Assembly (NCBI GenBank): GCA_963706955.1
Contig: CAVPOC010000004.1
Location: forward strand, 96,001-160,000
DNA length: 64,000 nucleotides
Direction of reading: 5' to 3'
DNA from: an uncultured Verrucomicrobiae bacterium
Lineage (GTDB): Bacteria; Verrucomicrobiota; Verrucomicrobiia; Chthoniobacterales; Terrimicrobiaceae
The notes under the pieces were generated by a model, which had not been told where the DNA came from, did no database searches, and saw only the letters and a list, made by a program, of their open reading frames with translations. Shown here piece after piece: positions 31,947 through 41,138 of this stretch (the first letter of the stretch is position 1; each line of letters begins with the position of its first letter). Position numbers and translations under genes: made by a program.

Positions 31947-32888
31947 TTAAAAAAGCGATCGAGCAGAGTGCCGATAAGCTTTTGCCAGACCCGCACCTGC
32001 CACGCTTCCGCTGAGGACATCCCCGGGATAATGCGCACCGAGGTAAACCCGCGACAACGCCACCAGTAAGGCAATTGCAAATAATAGGGGGCGGGCACGC
32101 GGATAGGAGGCCTGAAGCAGGGTAGCGCCTGCAAAGGCGGCGGCACTATGTCCCGACGGAAAAGAATAGCTGCCGGGTTTGCGCCCGACGACAATAGCGC
32201 GAACGATCGAGATGAACGGACGTTTGCGTCGGAAGTACTTCTTGATCGGTATCTCGACAGTATAGGTTGCCAGATACAAAGCTGGAAGAATACGACAAGC
32301 TCTGATCGCACGATGCTTGTCGAACAAAGCATTCGCGGCGATGAAGAGAATCCACGCATGTCCTCCCGTCATGAACCAGCTGAATGACGAAATCAGGCGA
32401 TCGAGCAGCTTCGGGTGCGGAAGATTATTGATCTGGACGAAGAGCGTGGCATCGATCGCATCAAACGGCTTTAGCCGGCTGATCAACTCTTTCCGGAGAA
32501 GATCTCGTCCTTTTCTAACTTCCGGGGATTCCTCGGCGGCCGCAGGGCCACCCGCCTGACGAATACCCTCATCAAGCGGCTCGCGCTTGTCAGTTGGTGC
32601 GGAAGCAACCTGGGCAGCTGCTGCCGCCAAGACCGCTGCCGGGCGCTCTTCCGACGTCGCCGCATCCGCCGCAGCTTCGATCGTCTCCGCTTGCGCGACC
32701 GGATCAGGTGATCCCGCCTCGGCTGGGATATCTTTCTCTTCGAGGCCAGCTCCGGTTCTTTCGACTTTGTCGAGAGTCTTGGATGCGTCCGAAGGTGTCC
32801 GCACCTCGGCAAAGCCCTCCTCGAGAGCCTTCTCAACTTTCTTTGTTGCCTCTTTCTTGGCCCCGGCGTCCGCGTTTGTTTCCTGCAT
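31947..32888 (-). CDS. PAP2-family phosphatase with acidic Ala-rich N-terminal extension
   Basis: KKYFRRKRP, SFPSGHS, SRVYLGAHYPGDV. Confidence 0.85.
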   Translation of the reverse strand: MQETNADAGAKKEATKKVEKALEEGFAEVRTPSDASKTLDKVERTGAGLEEKDIPAEAGSPDPVAQAETIEAAADAATSEERPAAVLAAAAAQVASAPTDKREPLDEGIRQAGGPAAAEESPEVRKGRDLLRKELISRLKPFDAIDATLFVQINNLPHPKLLDRLISSFSWFMTGGHAWILFIAANALFDKHRAIRACRILPALYLATYTVEIPIKKYFRRKRPFISIVRAIVVGRKPGSYSFPSGHSAAAFAGATLLQASYPRARPLLFAIALLVALSRVYLGAHYPGDVLSGSVAGAGLAKAYRHSARSLF

Positions 32889-33015
32889 GTGCAACCACCT
32901 ACCCCTTAGAATCGAATCAACTTGAGGATTCGCGCCTGTTTACCGAGCGCGCTCACGGAATTGCTGTGACGGCCCGAATCTTTCAGTATCATTGACGAAA
33001 GACGAGGCGTCCCGT

Positions 33016-34749
33016 GTGAAGTTCCTGACCGCGCAGCTCACTCATTTCCTAAGACCTGCGACCAGCCGTCGCAACATTCGCCTCTTGTTTCGCTTTCTGC
33101 TGATTCTCACCTTAATGGTCACGGTTTACAGCATTCTCTTTCACGTTTTGATGGTCTTTGAACGGCGTGAGCACAGCTGGATCACGGGTCTGTATTGGAC
33201 CTTAACAGTCATGTCCACCTTGGGCTTTGGCGACATTACCTTCACGAGTGACCTCGGTCGCCTGTTTTCGATCATCGTCCTTCTCTCCGGCATGGTTTTT
33301 CTGCTGATCCTGCTGCCATTTACGTTCATCGAGTTCTTCTACGCGCCATGGATGAAAGCTCAGGAGGAGTTGAGAGCGCCGAGACAATTGCCGGAAAGCA
33401 TGAGCGGACATGTCATCCTCACCAACATGGACCCGGTTTCAAAAGCGCTCATGCAAAAACTAACGCACTACGGATATCCGTATGCGCTCCTGGTTTATGA
33501 TTTGGATGAAGCCCTTCGATTGCATGACTTAGGGTTTCAAGTGGTGCTGGGGGAAAACGACCGTCCTGAGACTTATCATTTGGTGCGAGCTGAAAAGGCC
33601 GCTCTGGTTGCCGCAACAGGCAACGACATGGCCAATACCAACGTGGCCTTTACAGTGCGGGAGATGAGTCAGAGTGTTCCGATCGTCACTACCGCGAGCT
33701 CGAACGATGCCGTGGATATTCTACGACTGGCCGGCAGCTCCGAGGTGATTCAGCTGAGCACGATGATGGGGCAAGCGCTCGCACGGCGAATTATTGGAGT
33801 CGATGCGCGCGCGCATGTCATCGCAGAGTTCGGCGAGCTCTTGATCGCGGAAGCCACCGCTGCCGGCACCCCCCTGGTTGGCAAGACGCTCGCTGGCAGT
33901 AATCTTCGGAAATTGACCGGGCTCAGTGTGATTGGAATATGGAAGCGCGGACAGTATGAGGTCGCGGCCGCGGAAAGCATCATAGACGCGAATTCGATTT
34001 TGGTCTTGTCGGGTTCGGCGGAACAGCTCCGCAAATACGATGAGCTTTTTTGCATCTATCACGTCAGCGCCGGGGCGGTAATCATCGTCGGTGGCGGGCG
34101 GGTCGGCCGCGCCATCGGCCGCGCACTCAAGGCGCGAGAGGTCGATTTTCGAATTGTCGAGAGCAATCCGGCCAGGATCCGGGATCAGGCTATCTATGTT
34201 GAAGGAAGTGCGGCAGACTACGAAACGCTGGAGCGGGCGGGCATAGATCATGCCCCGGCCATCGTCATCACCACCCATGACGATGACATGAATGTCTACC
34301 TGACAATCTATTGCCGCCGTTTGCGCCCTGATATTCAGATCATAAGCCGATCGACCCGTGAACGGAACGTCTCCACGCTGCATCGGGCGGGAGCCGATTT
34401 TGTTCTCTCGTATGCCTCAATGGGCGCCACTTCCATATTCAACTATCTGCGGCGTGCTGGCGTCGTCGTAGTCGCCGAGGGACTCCATCTGACCGAAACG
34501 CGAGTGCCCCGTGCCTTGGCCGGACGAACACTCGCCGAAGCGGCAATTCCTAGTGAAACCGGCTGCAACGTTGTGGCGCTTCGCAGCAAGGACGAACTGA
34601 TGATCAATCCGGAGCCCTCGACAATTCTGGACCGTGGCGCCGAGATCATCTTGATTGGAACGCCCGAAGCCGAGCAACGTTTTATGCAGCTATATGGGGC
34701 TGAAAAGTTGTCGGTACAGCCGGTCGCTGCATCAGGAAATCTCAGCTGA
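33016..34749 (+). CDS. Potassium channel with tandem RCK (TrkA-N/TrkA-C) domains
   Basis: Pore motif TVMSTLGFGD; GGGRVG Rossmann motif; two TrkA-C repeats. Confidence 0.88.
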   Translation: MKFLTAQLTHFLRPATSRRNIRLLFRFLLILTLMVTVYSILFHVLMVFERREHSWITGLYWTLTVMSTLGFGDITFTSDLGRLFSIIVLLSGMVFLLILLPFTFIEFFYAPWMKAQEELRAPRQLPESMSGHVILTNMDPVSKALMQKLTHYGYPYALLVYDLDEALRLHDLGFQVVLGENDRPETYHLVRAEKAALVAATGNDMANTNVAFTVREMSQSVPIVTTASSNDAVDILRLAGSSEVIQLSTMMGQALARRIIGVDARAHVIAEFGELLIAEATAAGTPLVGKTLAGSNLRKLTGLSVIGIWKRGQYEVAAAESIIDANSILVLSGSAEQLRKYDELFCIYHVSAGAVIIVGGGRVGRAIGRALKAREVDFRIVESNPARIRDQAIYVEGSAADYETLERAGIDHAPAIVITTHDDDMNVYLTIYCRRLRPDIQIISRSTRERNVSTLHRAGADFVLSYASMGATSIFNYLRRAGVVVVAEGLHLTETRVPRALAGRTLAEAAIPSETGCNVVALRSKDELMINPEPSTILDRGAEIILIGTPEAEQRFMQLYGAEKLSVQPVAASGNLS

Positions 34750-34837
34750 CCAACCGCTTCGGGATATAAAGCAAGCGCGTGTTCTCAACTCCATCTCGAT
34801 CGTCGCAGCGAAGTTGATAAGCTGTTAGTGTCTGAAA

Positions 34838-35443
34838 ATGGCAGAACGGACAACCCTGGAAATTTCACGAGAGCTCGCGTCGATCGCGCAGGCTGGGATG
34901 ACCTATTCCGCAGACCCATTCGACAGGGAGCGCTTCCATCGCTTGCGTGAGATTGCGAGCGAGGTGATGCGTGTGGCCGGAAAGGCCGAGTTTCAGTGGC
35001 CGACCGAAATCGGCTACGCGACTCCTAAGGTGGATGTTCGTGGTGTCGTTTTTCGCGACGCGGAGGTCCTCTTGATCAAGGAAGCGTCTTCAGGAAAGTG
35101 GACCCTACCCGGCGGATGGGCTGATGTGAACCTCACCCCCGCAGAAAACGTGGAACGCGAGTGCCTCGAGGAAACCGGGTATCAAGTGAAGGCGCGTCTG
35201 ATTACCGCGGTTCTCGACCGCGATCGCGCGGGCTATCCCGCGAACCCGCACTCGATTTATAAGATCTTTTTCTTGTGTGAACTCTGCGGCGGCTCGCCAC
35301 GAGTCAGTCATGAAACCTCAGAAGTTGGCTTCTTTCCGCTCGATGCCCTGCCGGAGCTCGATACGCATCGCTCCAGTGCACTGGACATTGCTGAGGCGTG
35401 GCGATCCTATCAGGCGCCGACGTTACCGGCGCGTTTCAATTGA
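34838..35443 (+). CDS. NUDIX hydrolase (ADP-ribose pyrophosphatase-like)
   Basis: GYATPKVDVRG and Nudix box LPGGWADV...ERECLEETG. Confidence 0.9.
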   Translation: MAERTTLEISRELASIAQAGMTYSADPFDRERFHRLREIASEVMRVAGKAEFQWPTEIGYATPKVDVRGVVFRDAEVLLIKEASSGKWTLPGGWADVNLTPAENVERECLEETGYQVKARLITAVLDRDRAGYPANPHSIYKIFFLCELCGGSPRVSHETSEVGFFPLDALPELDTHRSSALDIAEAWRSYQAPTLPARFN

Positions 35444-35470
35444 GCGACGAGGTGCCCACAACGGCGCAAC

Positions 35471-36041
35471 TCACGGTGCGCGGGGCAACCCGTCGGATGA
35501 AATGACACTACCATTGGCGGCGGAAATTTCGATGTAACCAAAGTTACTACCCCCTCGGTCGTAGCACCATATTTTCCATACAGGAGCGGAGTCCGGATCG
35601 GTTTGCTGCAATACGTAGCTGACACTTCTGAGATTTCGGTCATTTGCCGCTGCGAATTGAGACGCGATTTCGAAGGCTGAACGCGAATCAATCGTGATTC
35701 GCTCGATGGCGATGGGGTTTGGAACCCTGAACAACTCGCCGACGTTTAAAGTCGGCTTTTCTTGAATGATCTCAGCCGTTGGCGATCGTGATGCTGAAAA
35801 GTCCCTCCTGAGGGTTCCCGCGGTAGGCGAGGATATACCATTGCGGCGGATCCGGCGTTCCGTTGTCGGCAGATACTTTGACAACGAAGTTTTGATACTC
35901 GGGTGGGAGCATGTTTAACGCGCCTAATGCTGAGTTGACATCTTGCGCCGGTCCTTCCTCTGTCGGCTCAAATTGCGCCAGAGCTGCATGCGACCACAGC
36001 ATGATGGTGGCGATCAACAGAATCTGATCTCTGAAAGTCAT
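35471..36041 (-). CDS. Secreted hypothetical protein (frameshift near 35775)
   Basis: Signal peptide MTFRDQILL...ALA; two consecutive ORF pieces, each with a W-x-I...I-x-I-x-A-(A)-NG element. Confidence 0.55.
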
Positions 36042-36288
36042 CGGCCAACTATTGCCAGAAGGTGACTGACTGTCTAGCGATCGAGCAGATTTTGCCGCCG
36101 CCGCACCGTTTGGTCGAAAGTTTTTTCCGTCTTTCCTGTCGGGCGAAAATGGCTGAGGATCGAGGCATGATGTTGCGTCATGACCACATGCTTCGCCTCG
36201 CGCGCTTATCGCTGACGCAGGCCGGCAAGAAAAGGCGGGGCAACTGGATCGATCAGGAGCCTAGTTTCAAGCCAGAGGGTGGGGGACG

Positions 36289-37044
36289 ATGCTAGCCTTT
36301 GAGGAGGCCGGCTCGCCTGCAAACAGGCCGATCATCTTCCTACACGGATGGTGCTGCAACCGCGGTCATATGAGAGAGTTGATGACGCGCTTGGCCGGCC
36401 GGCACCATGTCATCGCCGTTGATCTCCCTGGCCACGGCGATAGTCCCTTGGGCGACGTTTTTCCTACGTTTGATTCGTTCGCTGCGAGTATCTGCTCCTT
36501 TATCGCCGAGCGCCAATTACATCAACCCGTCCTTGTCGGACATAGCATGGGGGGTGTCATCAGTGTGGTGACGGCCGCACGGGATCCCCGGTTAGTTGCA
36601 GGTGTCGTAAATCTCGATGGCGCAGTCCCGATCGCCGCCTCAGTGCGTGACGTCTACCGCGACTTGTTTTCCCGCATCGGTCGCGAAGGTTTTCAATCCG
36701 TCGTTGCTCCTTTTGTCAGACAGGCATTTTTCCTTCCGTTCGAGCACGGGGCAATAAGTGAAACAATCGTTACGGGGATGATGTCCTATCCTGAAGGACT
36801 CGCTGTAGCTCTCCTGAAGGAATTTCCTGCTTTGCAGGCTGAGCCAGTCCTCAATGCTTCTCGAACGCCCTCGCTTTTTATTGGGAGCTCCTTTCCCCGC
36901 TTTGATGAAGCAGCTCTCAAGAAGGTCCGGCCAGACGCGTGGGTTGCTCGCGTCGCAGTATCTGGCCATTTCATGCAAATCTTTGCGCTCTCACAGGTGG
37001 TCGCGATGATCGAAAAGTTCATTGCCGTCGAGATCGAACGCTAG
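36289..37044 (+). CDS. Alpha/beta hydrolase
   Basis: FLHGW, DLPGHGDS, GHSMGG nucleophile motif, SGHF. Confidence 0.88.
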   Translation: MLAFEEAGSPANRPIIFLHGWCCNRGHMRELMTRLAGRHHVIAVDLPGHGDSPLGDVFPTFDSFAASICSFIAERQLHQPVLVGHSMGGVISVVTAARDPRLVAGVVNLDGAVPIAASVRDVYRDLFSRIGREGFQSVVAPFVRQAFFLPFEHGAISETIVTGMMSYPEGLAVALLKEFPALQAEPVLNASRTPSLFIGSSFPRFDEAALKKVRPDAWVARVAVSGHFMQIFALSQVVAMIEKFIAVEIER

Positions 37045-37098
37045 CGCGCGGTTCCCTGCTCACTGTTGCAGTTTGTCGCGCGACACATACTATCATGT

Positions 37099-38109
37099 AT
37101 GCAATTAGAATGGACTAGTGATAGGGAGAGCGATGGGGCCGCCTCAGCCGATCAGATTGATCGTCCGGCAGACGACGTTCTCCTGGATTCCTATTCGGCC
37201 GCGGTGGTTCGCGCGGTGGAGATAGCAAGCCCATCCGTTGTGCACGTGCGCGCGGAGTTTCCGGCGAGCAGGGGACACGTTCAAACCTCTGGGAGTGGAT
37301 CGGGTTTCGTGCTCTCACCGGATGGATTTGTCCTCACCAATAGCCATGTGGTCCACGGAGCTACACGTATCGTTGCGCAGACTGTCGACGGTGGCGCCTG
37401 GAAGGCGGAGCTCGTGGGCGATGATCCGGACACAGATCTTGCCGTGCTCAGAATCGACGCGCCGGGGCTGCGGAATATTCGCTTTGCGAATTCCGCTCAG
37501 GTGCGGGTAGGCCAGATTGCCGTGGCCATCGGCAACCCGTTCGGCTACGACAACACCGTGACCGCCGGGATCGTCAGTGCCTTAGGAAGAACTTTTCCAT
37601 CGAGAACAGGGCGGCTCATCGATAACGTTATTCAAACCGATGCAGCACTAAATCCGGGCAATTCTGGCGGTCCGCTCGCCAATAGTCGCGGCGAAGTGAT
37701 CGGAGTCAACACCGCCATCATTGCGGCCGCACAGGGTATCTGTTTTGCGATAGGTAGCAAGACGGCGGAGTTCGTGGCTAGCTGGCTGATCAAGGAAGGA
37801 CGCATCCGGCGAGGACACCTGGGCATTGCCGGCCAGGACACTGCGATTTATGAGCCGCTTGCTCGCAGACTCAAGCTGACTCAGCGCACTGGTGTGCGGG
37901 TCCATGAAATCGTTGCCGGGTCGCCCGCGGCCGCTGCCGGCGTCCGTCCCGGAGATCTGATTATCTGGTTCAATCATGACACCGTATCAAGCGTTCACGA
38001 CCTGCACCGCCTGTTGATCGGCGATGAGGTCGAGCGCCGGTCGCGTCTTTCGGTGCTTAGAGACGGGCGCTTGGAGCATCTCTGGATTACGCCGCGAGAG
38101 AGAAGCTAG
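37099..38109 (+). CDS. Trypsin-like serine protease with PDZ domain (HtrA family, no signal peptide)
   Basis: GSGSGF, TNSHVV, DLAVL, QTDAALNPGNSGG, C-terminal PDZ. Confidence 0.9.
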   Translation: MQLEWTSDRESDGAASADQIDRPADDVLLDSYSAAVVRAVEIASPSVVHVRAEFPASRGHVQTSGSGSGFVLSPDGFVLTNSHVVHGATRIVAQTVDGGAWKAELVGDDPDTDLAVLRIDAPGLRNIRFANSAQVRVGQIAVAIGNPFGYDNTVTAGIVSALGRTFPSRTGRLIDNVIQTDAALNPGNSGGPLANSRGEVIGVNTAIIAAAQGICFAIGSKTAEFVASWLIKEGRIRRGHLGIAGQDTAIYEPLARRLKLTQRTGVRVHEIVAGSPAAAAGVRPGDLIIWFNHDTVSSVHDLHRLLIGDEVERRSRLSVLRDGRLEHLWITPRERS

Positions 38110-38169
38110 TCGCACCGAACGGCCCGCTGAGTAGTTGTATTGGATCGCGGAGCAGATAATCTTTCGCCG

Positions 38170-38634
38170 ATGAGGCTCGTCAGATTCTTCAGTTTGGTCG
38201 TCTGGCTCTCGCTCTTCCTCTGCGCCTGTGAGACTACCCGCAGGCTTTGGGCCACGCTCAACGATTTCGCCGTGGGTATTTATAAGGCGACACCGCACCA
38301 AACGGAGCTCGCCGATCAGCGAGCCACTGCAGCCTTCGCCCGATTCTCGGCTGAGGAAAAAAGTTCGCTGCAACGATCTGGCGTCCGTTATCTGGCGGTC
38401 CGGACAGCTGACCCGACGCCGGCTCAATGGAGCGAGATCCGCACGGACATGCAGAAGCCCACTTCAAGATATGGGGGTTCACGGAGAGTCCCCGAAAAGA
38501 TTTACTGCGTGATGATTTGGGATACCCAATCTCAAGAGATCGTTGGGACGGATTGCTATGCCGTGCTCAAGCTTCCCCCGGCTGGTGAATTGGCGCGATT
38601 CGACACGTTCACAGCCCAATACGTCGGCTTTTGA
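38170..38634 (+). CDS. Hypothetical lipoprotein
   Basis: LFLCAC lipobox; VMIWDTQSQEIVG...ARFDTFTAQYVG. Confidence 0.65.
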   Translation: MRLVRFFSLVVWLSLFLCACETTRRLWATLNDFAVGIYKATPHQTELADQRATAAFARFSAEEKSSLQRSGVRYLAVRTADPTPAQWSEIRTDMQKPTSRYGGSRRVPEKIYCVMIWDTQSQEIVGTDCYAVLKLPPAGELARFDTFTAQYVGF

Positions 38635-38719
38635 ACACCCTCATGAGCGCTAGGCAGCGCTGCTGAGAAGGCGGATCCACCGCGCGAGCGCCGCGGCAAT
38701 CCCTGTCATAATTCCTTTC

Positions 38720-39189
38720 TCAGACTCCCAGGCTGTCGCGGGTGCGATAGTCGAGGCGTCCTGTTATCGGCAAACCGTAGTCTGCCTGATAACCGCGAAT
38801 GGCTCGGTTGGTCATCGGACCGAAGTCTCCGTCTATGGGTCCGCGGTAGTAGCCGAGTCTCGCCAGGCGTGCTTGGGCACGATAGAGTGCCGGCGCCGAG
38901 TAGGTGGCATACGCGGACGTTGCATACACACGCCTGGGCTGGACAACATAAACGGGGCGATACACGCGAACCGGAGCAACGTAGGTCACGCCAAAGGATG
39001 GTCCCCAGCCCCATCCACCCCAGTACCAGCGGCCCTAACCGCCCCCCAACCGCCCCAACCGCCGCCCCAACCGCCGCCCCAACCGCCGCCCCAACCGCCG
39101 CCCCATCTTCCGCAGCGTCCGCCAGCATGGCTGACATCGGCCAATGCGATCAACAGGAGCACCAAGATAACCAAGAGTTTTGTTCTCAT
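38720..39189 (-). CDS. Secreted peptidoglycan-binding domain protein with GGGW repeats (indel/stop near 39035)
   Basis: Signal peptide MRTKLLVIL...SHA; (WGGG)n; C-terminal QARLARLGYYRGPIDGDFGPMTNRAIRGYQ..GLPITG PG_binding_1 motif. Confidence 0.8.
39039..39104 (-). repeat. 12-bp tandem repeat (CCGCCGCCCCAA)n encoding WGGG
   Basis: Direct tandem copies visible at about 39050-39104. Confidence 0.85.
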
Positions 39190-39247
39190 CGTGATGGTCC
39201 TTCCTCCGATCAAAACAGTAAGCGGGAATATCCGGATCTTCAAGCGC

Positions 39248-39718
39248 TCAACCGTCGAAAGAAGGGAAGAGCGGTCGACCATATTTCATGAAAGGCCAGG
39301 GGATGCTCGCAAGGATGAGGACGCCTGCTAGCGTGTAGGCGATCGCCGCGCGCAAAAATCTGGCACGATCTGTCGTCGCTCGCTTGGAAATTGAATACCC
39401 CATCTGGGCAATGATGATCGCGAGCAACATGCCAGCGAAATGCTCGACCGCGAAGAATCGAAGCGTGCTGTCTTTCATAGCCGCCGCAAAGTTAGTCCAG
39501 GCTGTGCGCATGATCGGACTAATGGCATAAAGGATTAGTCCCAAAACGAACTGAACATTTAGCAACGACGTAAATATCAAGCCGGCCATTTGATCTTTGC
39601 GTGTCCATTCCGCTCGTCCGAAGAAGCCGCTCCAGACGCGCAGGAGAGCCCAAACACAGGCGAACAGGACGATCCAGCGCAGCAAGCTGTGAGCGTCTCT
39701 GAGAAACAAATAAGGCAT
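39248..39718 (-). CDS. Conserved 4-TM membrane protein with two His residues (cytochrome b-like)
   Basis: AHSLLRW, LRFFAVEH, IPWPF...GRPLFP. Confidence 0.7.
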   Translation of the reverse strand: MPYLFLRDAHSLLRWIVLFACVWALLRVWSGFFGRAEWTRKDQMAGLIFTSLLNVQFVLGLILYAISPIMRTAWTNFAAAMKDSTLRFFAVEHFAGMLLAIIIAQMGYSISKRATTDRARFLRAAIAYTLAGVLILASIPWPFMKYGRPLFPSFDG

Positions 39719-39776
39719 GCTAGCGAACCTACCTACATGGCCATCGTGTTCACGTCACTCCCTCAGTTTCGGACGT

Positions 39777-39980
39777 TCAATCTCCTTGCATTTGCGATGA
39801 GCCGATAGGCGTGGCCTGATTTTTCCTGGGGAGGCGAGATGGCTTGCAGAGCACCTTCGAGATGGTAGCGACGCGGGCGCATCTGCGACAGAAGAAGCAG
39901 GGCGGATCAACGAGCTCGAGCAGCTTGTCGGCATGCTTGCTGATGTCGCGCTTGGACCAGTCGCAAAGGGTCTTGGCCAT
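39777..39980 (-). CDS. Small Cys-rich putative metal-binding protein
   Basis: KTLCDW...CFFCRRCARVA...LCKP. Confidence 0.6.
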   Translation of the reverse strand: MAKTLCDWSKRDISKHADKLLELVDPPCFFCRRCARVATISKVLCKPSRLPRKNQATPIGSSQMQGD

Positions 39981-40006
39981 GCGAGAACGGAACAGGGAAT
40001 GCCGGG

Positions 40007-40035
40007 TTGCGCAAGGAGGTTATCGACGGTATTCT
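40007..40035 (+). promoter_or_regulatory. Sigma70-like promoter for dps
   Basis: TTGCGC, 17 bp, TATTCT; 12 bp upstream of the ATG. Confidence 0.45.
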
Positions 40036-40047
40036 CCCCTGACCACT

Positions 40048-40521
40048 ATGAGCACACATACAGCGACAAAACAGAAATCCAATGCAGTGATCGAGGGACT
40101 TCAAACCGTTTTGGCCGATTCGTATGCCTTGATGGCACAAACGCACATCGCACACTGGAATGTCGAGGGTCCAAATTTCTTCCAGCTTCACCAGGCCTTT
40201 CAGAAGCAATACGAGGAGCTTTTCGAGGCTGTTGACGAGGTCGCTGAGCGCTTACGGGCGCTGGACGTCCTTGCCAATGGCGGCTTGAAAAATCTGGGCA
40301 ACGCTTCTCGGATCGAAGAACTGGCCGTTGAGAGCACGCCAGCCAAGGATATTGTGGCTCATCTGATCGAATGCCACGAAATCCTCTTGCTCAATGCCCA
40401 TACGCTTCGTGAGGCTTCCGGGAGCGCCGATGATCTCGAAACTCAGGACCTCATGATCAAGCGCATCCAGGCGCATCAGAAGACGCTGTGGATGCTGAAG
40501 AGCTTCCTGAAAAACCTCTAG
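40048..40521 (+). CDS. dps: DNA protection during starvation protein (Dps)
   Basis: THIAHWNVEGPNFFQLH, DEVAERL, HQKTLWML. Confidence 0.92.
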   Translation: MSTHTATKQKSNAVIEGLQTVLADSYALMAQTHIAHWNVEGPNFFQLHQAFQKQYEELFEAVDEVAERLRALDVLANGGLKNLGNASRIEELAVESTPAKDIVAHLIECHEILLLNAHTLREASGSADDLETQDLMIKRIQAHQKTLWMLKSFLKNL

Positions 40522-40601
40522 GGAAAGCTGCCCGCGACACCGCTCCGAAAAGGGCTACAATCTGATCTTGCGAATCAGTCTCAAATTCGTATCTTCCGCT
40601 G

Positions 40602-41033
40602 ATGTCCATTTGCTCAGCTGATTCCCCGGTCTTGTCATCGACGCTAAAATCATGGCGCACTGACGCGGCTCGCATTATCGAAGATCTGTTTCGATGCACA
40701 GCACCGGATGCCTGGGATATGCTCTTGGATTTGCGAGAGCATTTATTGCAAGGCGACGATTTGGAAGAGACTCTCGACTTGTTTCTAGCGTGTCGGGAGA
40801 GGTTAGAAGCTGAACACTATCTTCCCTTTTATCGCTTACGACGGCTGATCGCAAGCAGCTTGAGCTTGGAAGCAGGGACCAGCCAAGCTCACGTCGCGCC
40901 GCTGCGCGAAATACTTCGTCGAAAGCATAGCTCGCTTGCTGATATGAAGCGCAGGTTGAGGCGCGAAATTTTCGAACACGACCTACGCCAGGCCGGAATC
41001 GACCGAATTCCGCTACGCGTAGTTGAGCGCTAG
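40602..41033 (+). CDS. Hypothetical helical protein
   Basis: 143-aa ORF filling the gap between dps and the fucosidase; no recognised motif. Confidence 0.5.
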   Translation: MSICSADSPVLSSTLKSWRTDAARIIEDLFRCTAPDAWDMLLDLREHLLQGDDLEETLDLFLACRERLEAEHYLPFYRLRRLIASSLSLEAGTSQAHVAPLREILRRKHSSLADMKRRLRREIFEHDLRQAGIDRIPLRVVER

Positions 41034-41138
41034 CGAGGATGCCCTCAATTTGCGGTCCGCGCTCACCTCAGCGGAGATGACGTTGTCGGGCTGTTTGGTT
41101 TAAGCGAATGGGAACCCTTCGCTGAAGCCGGGGTTAGC

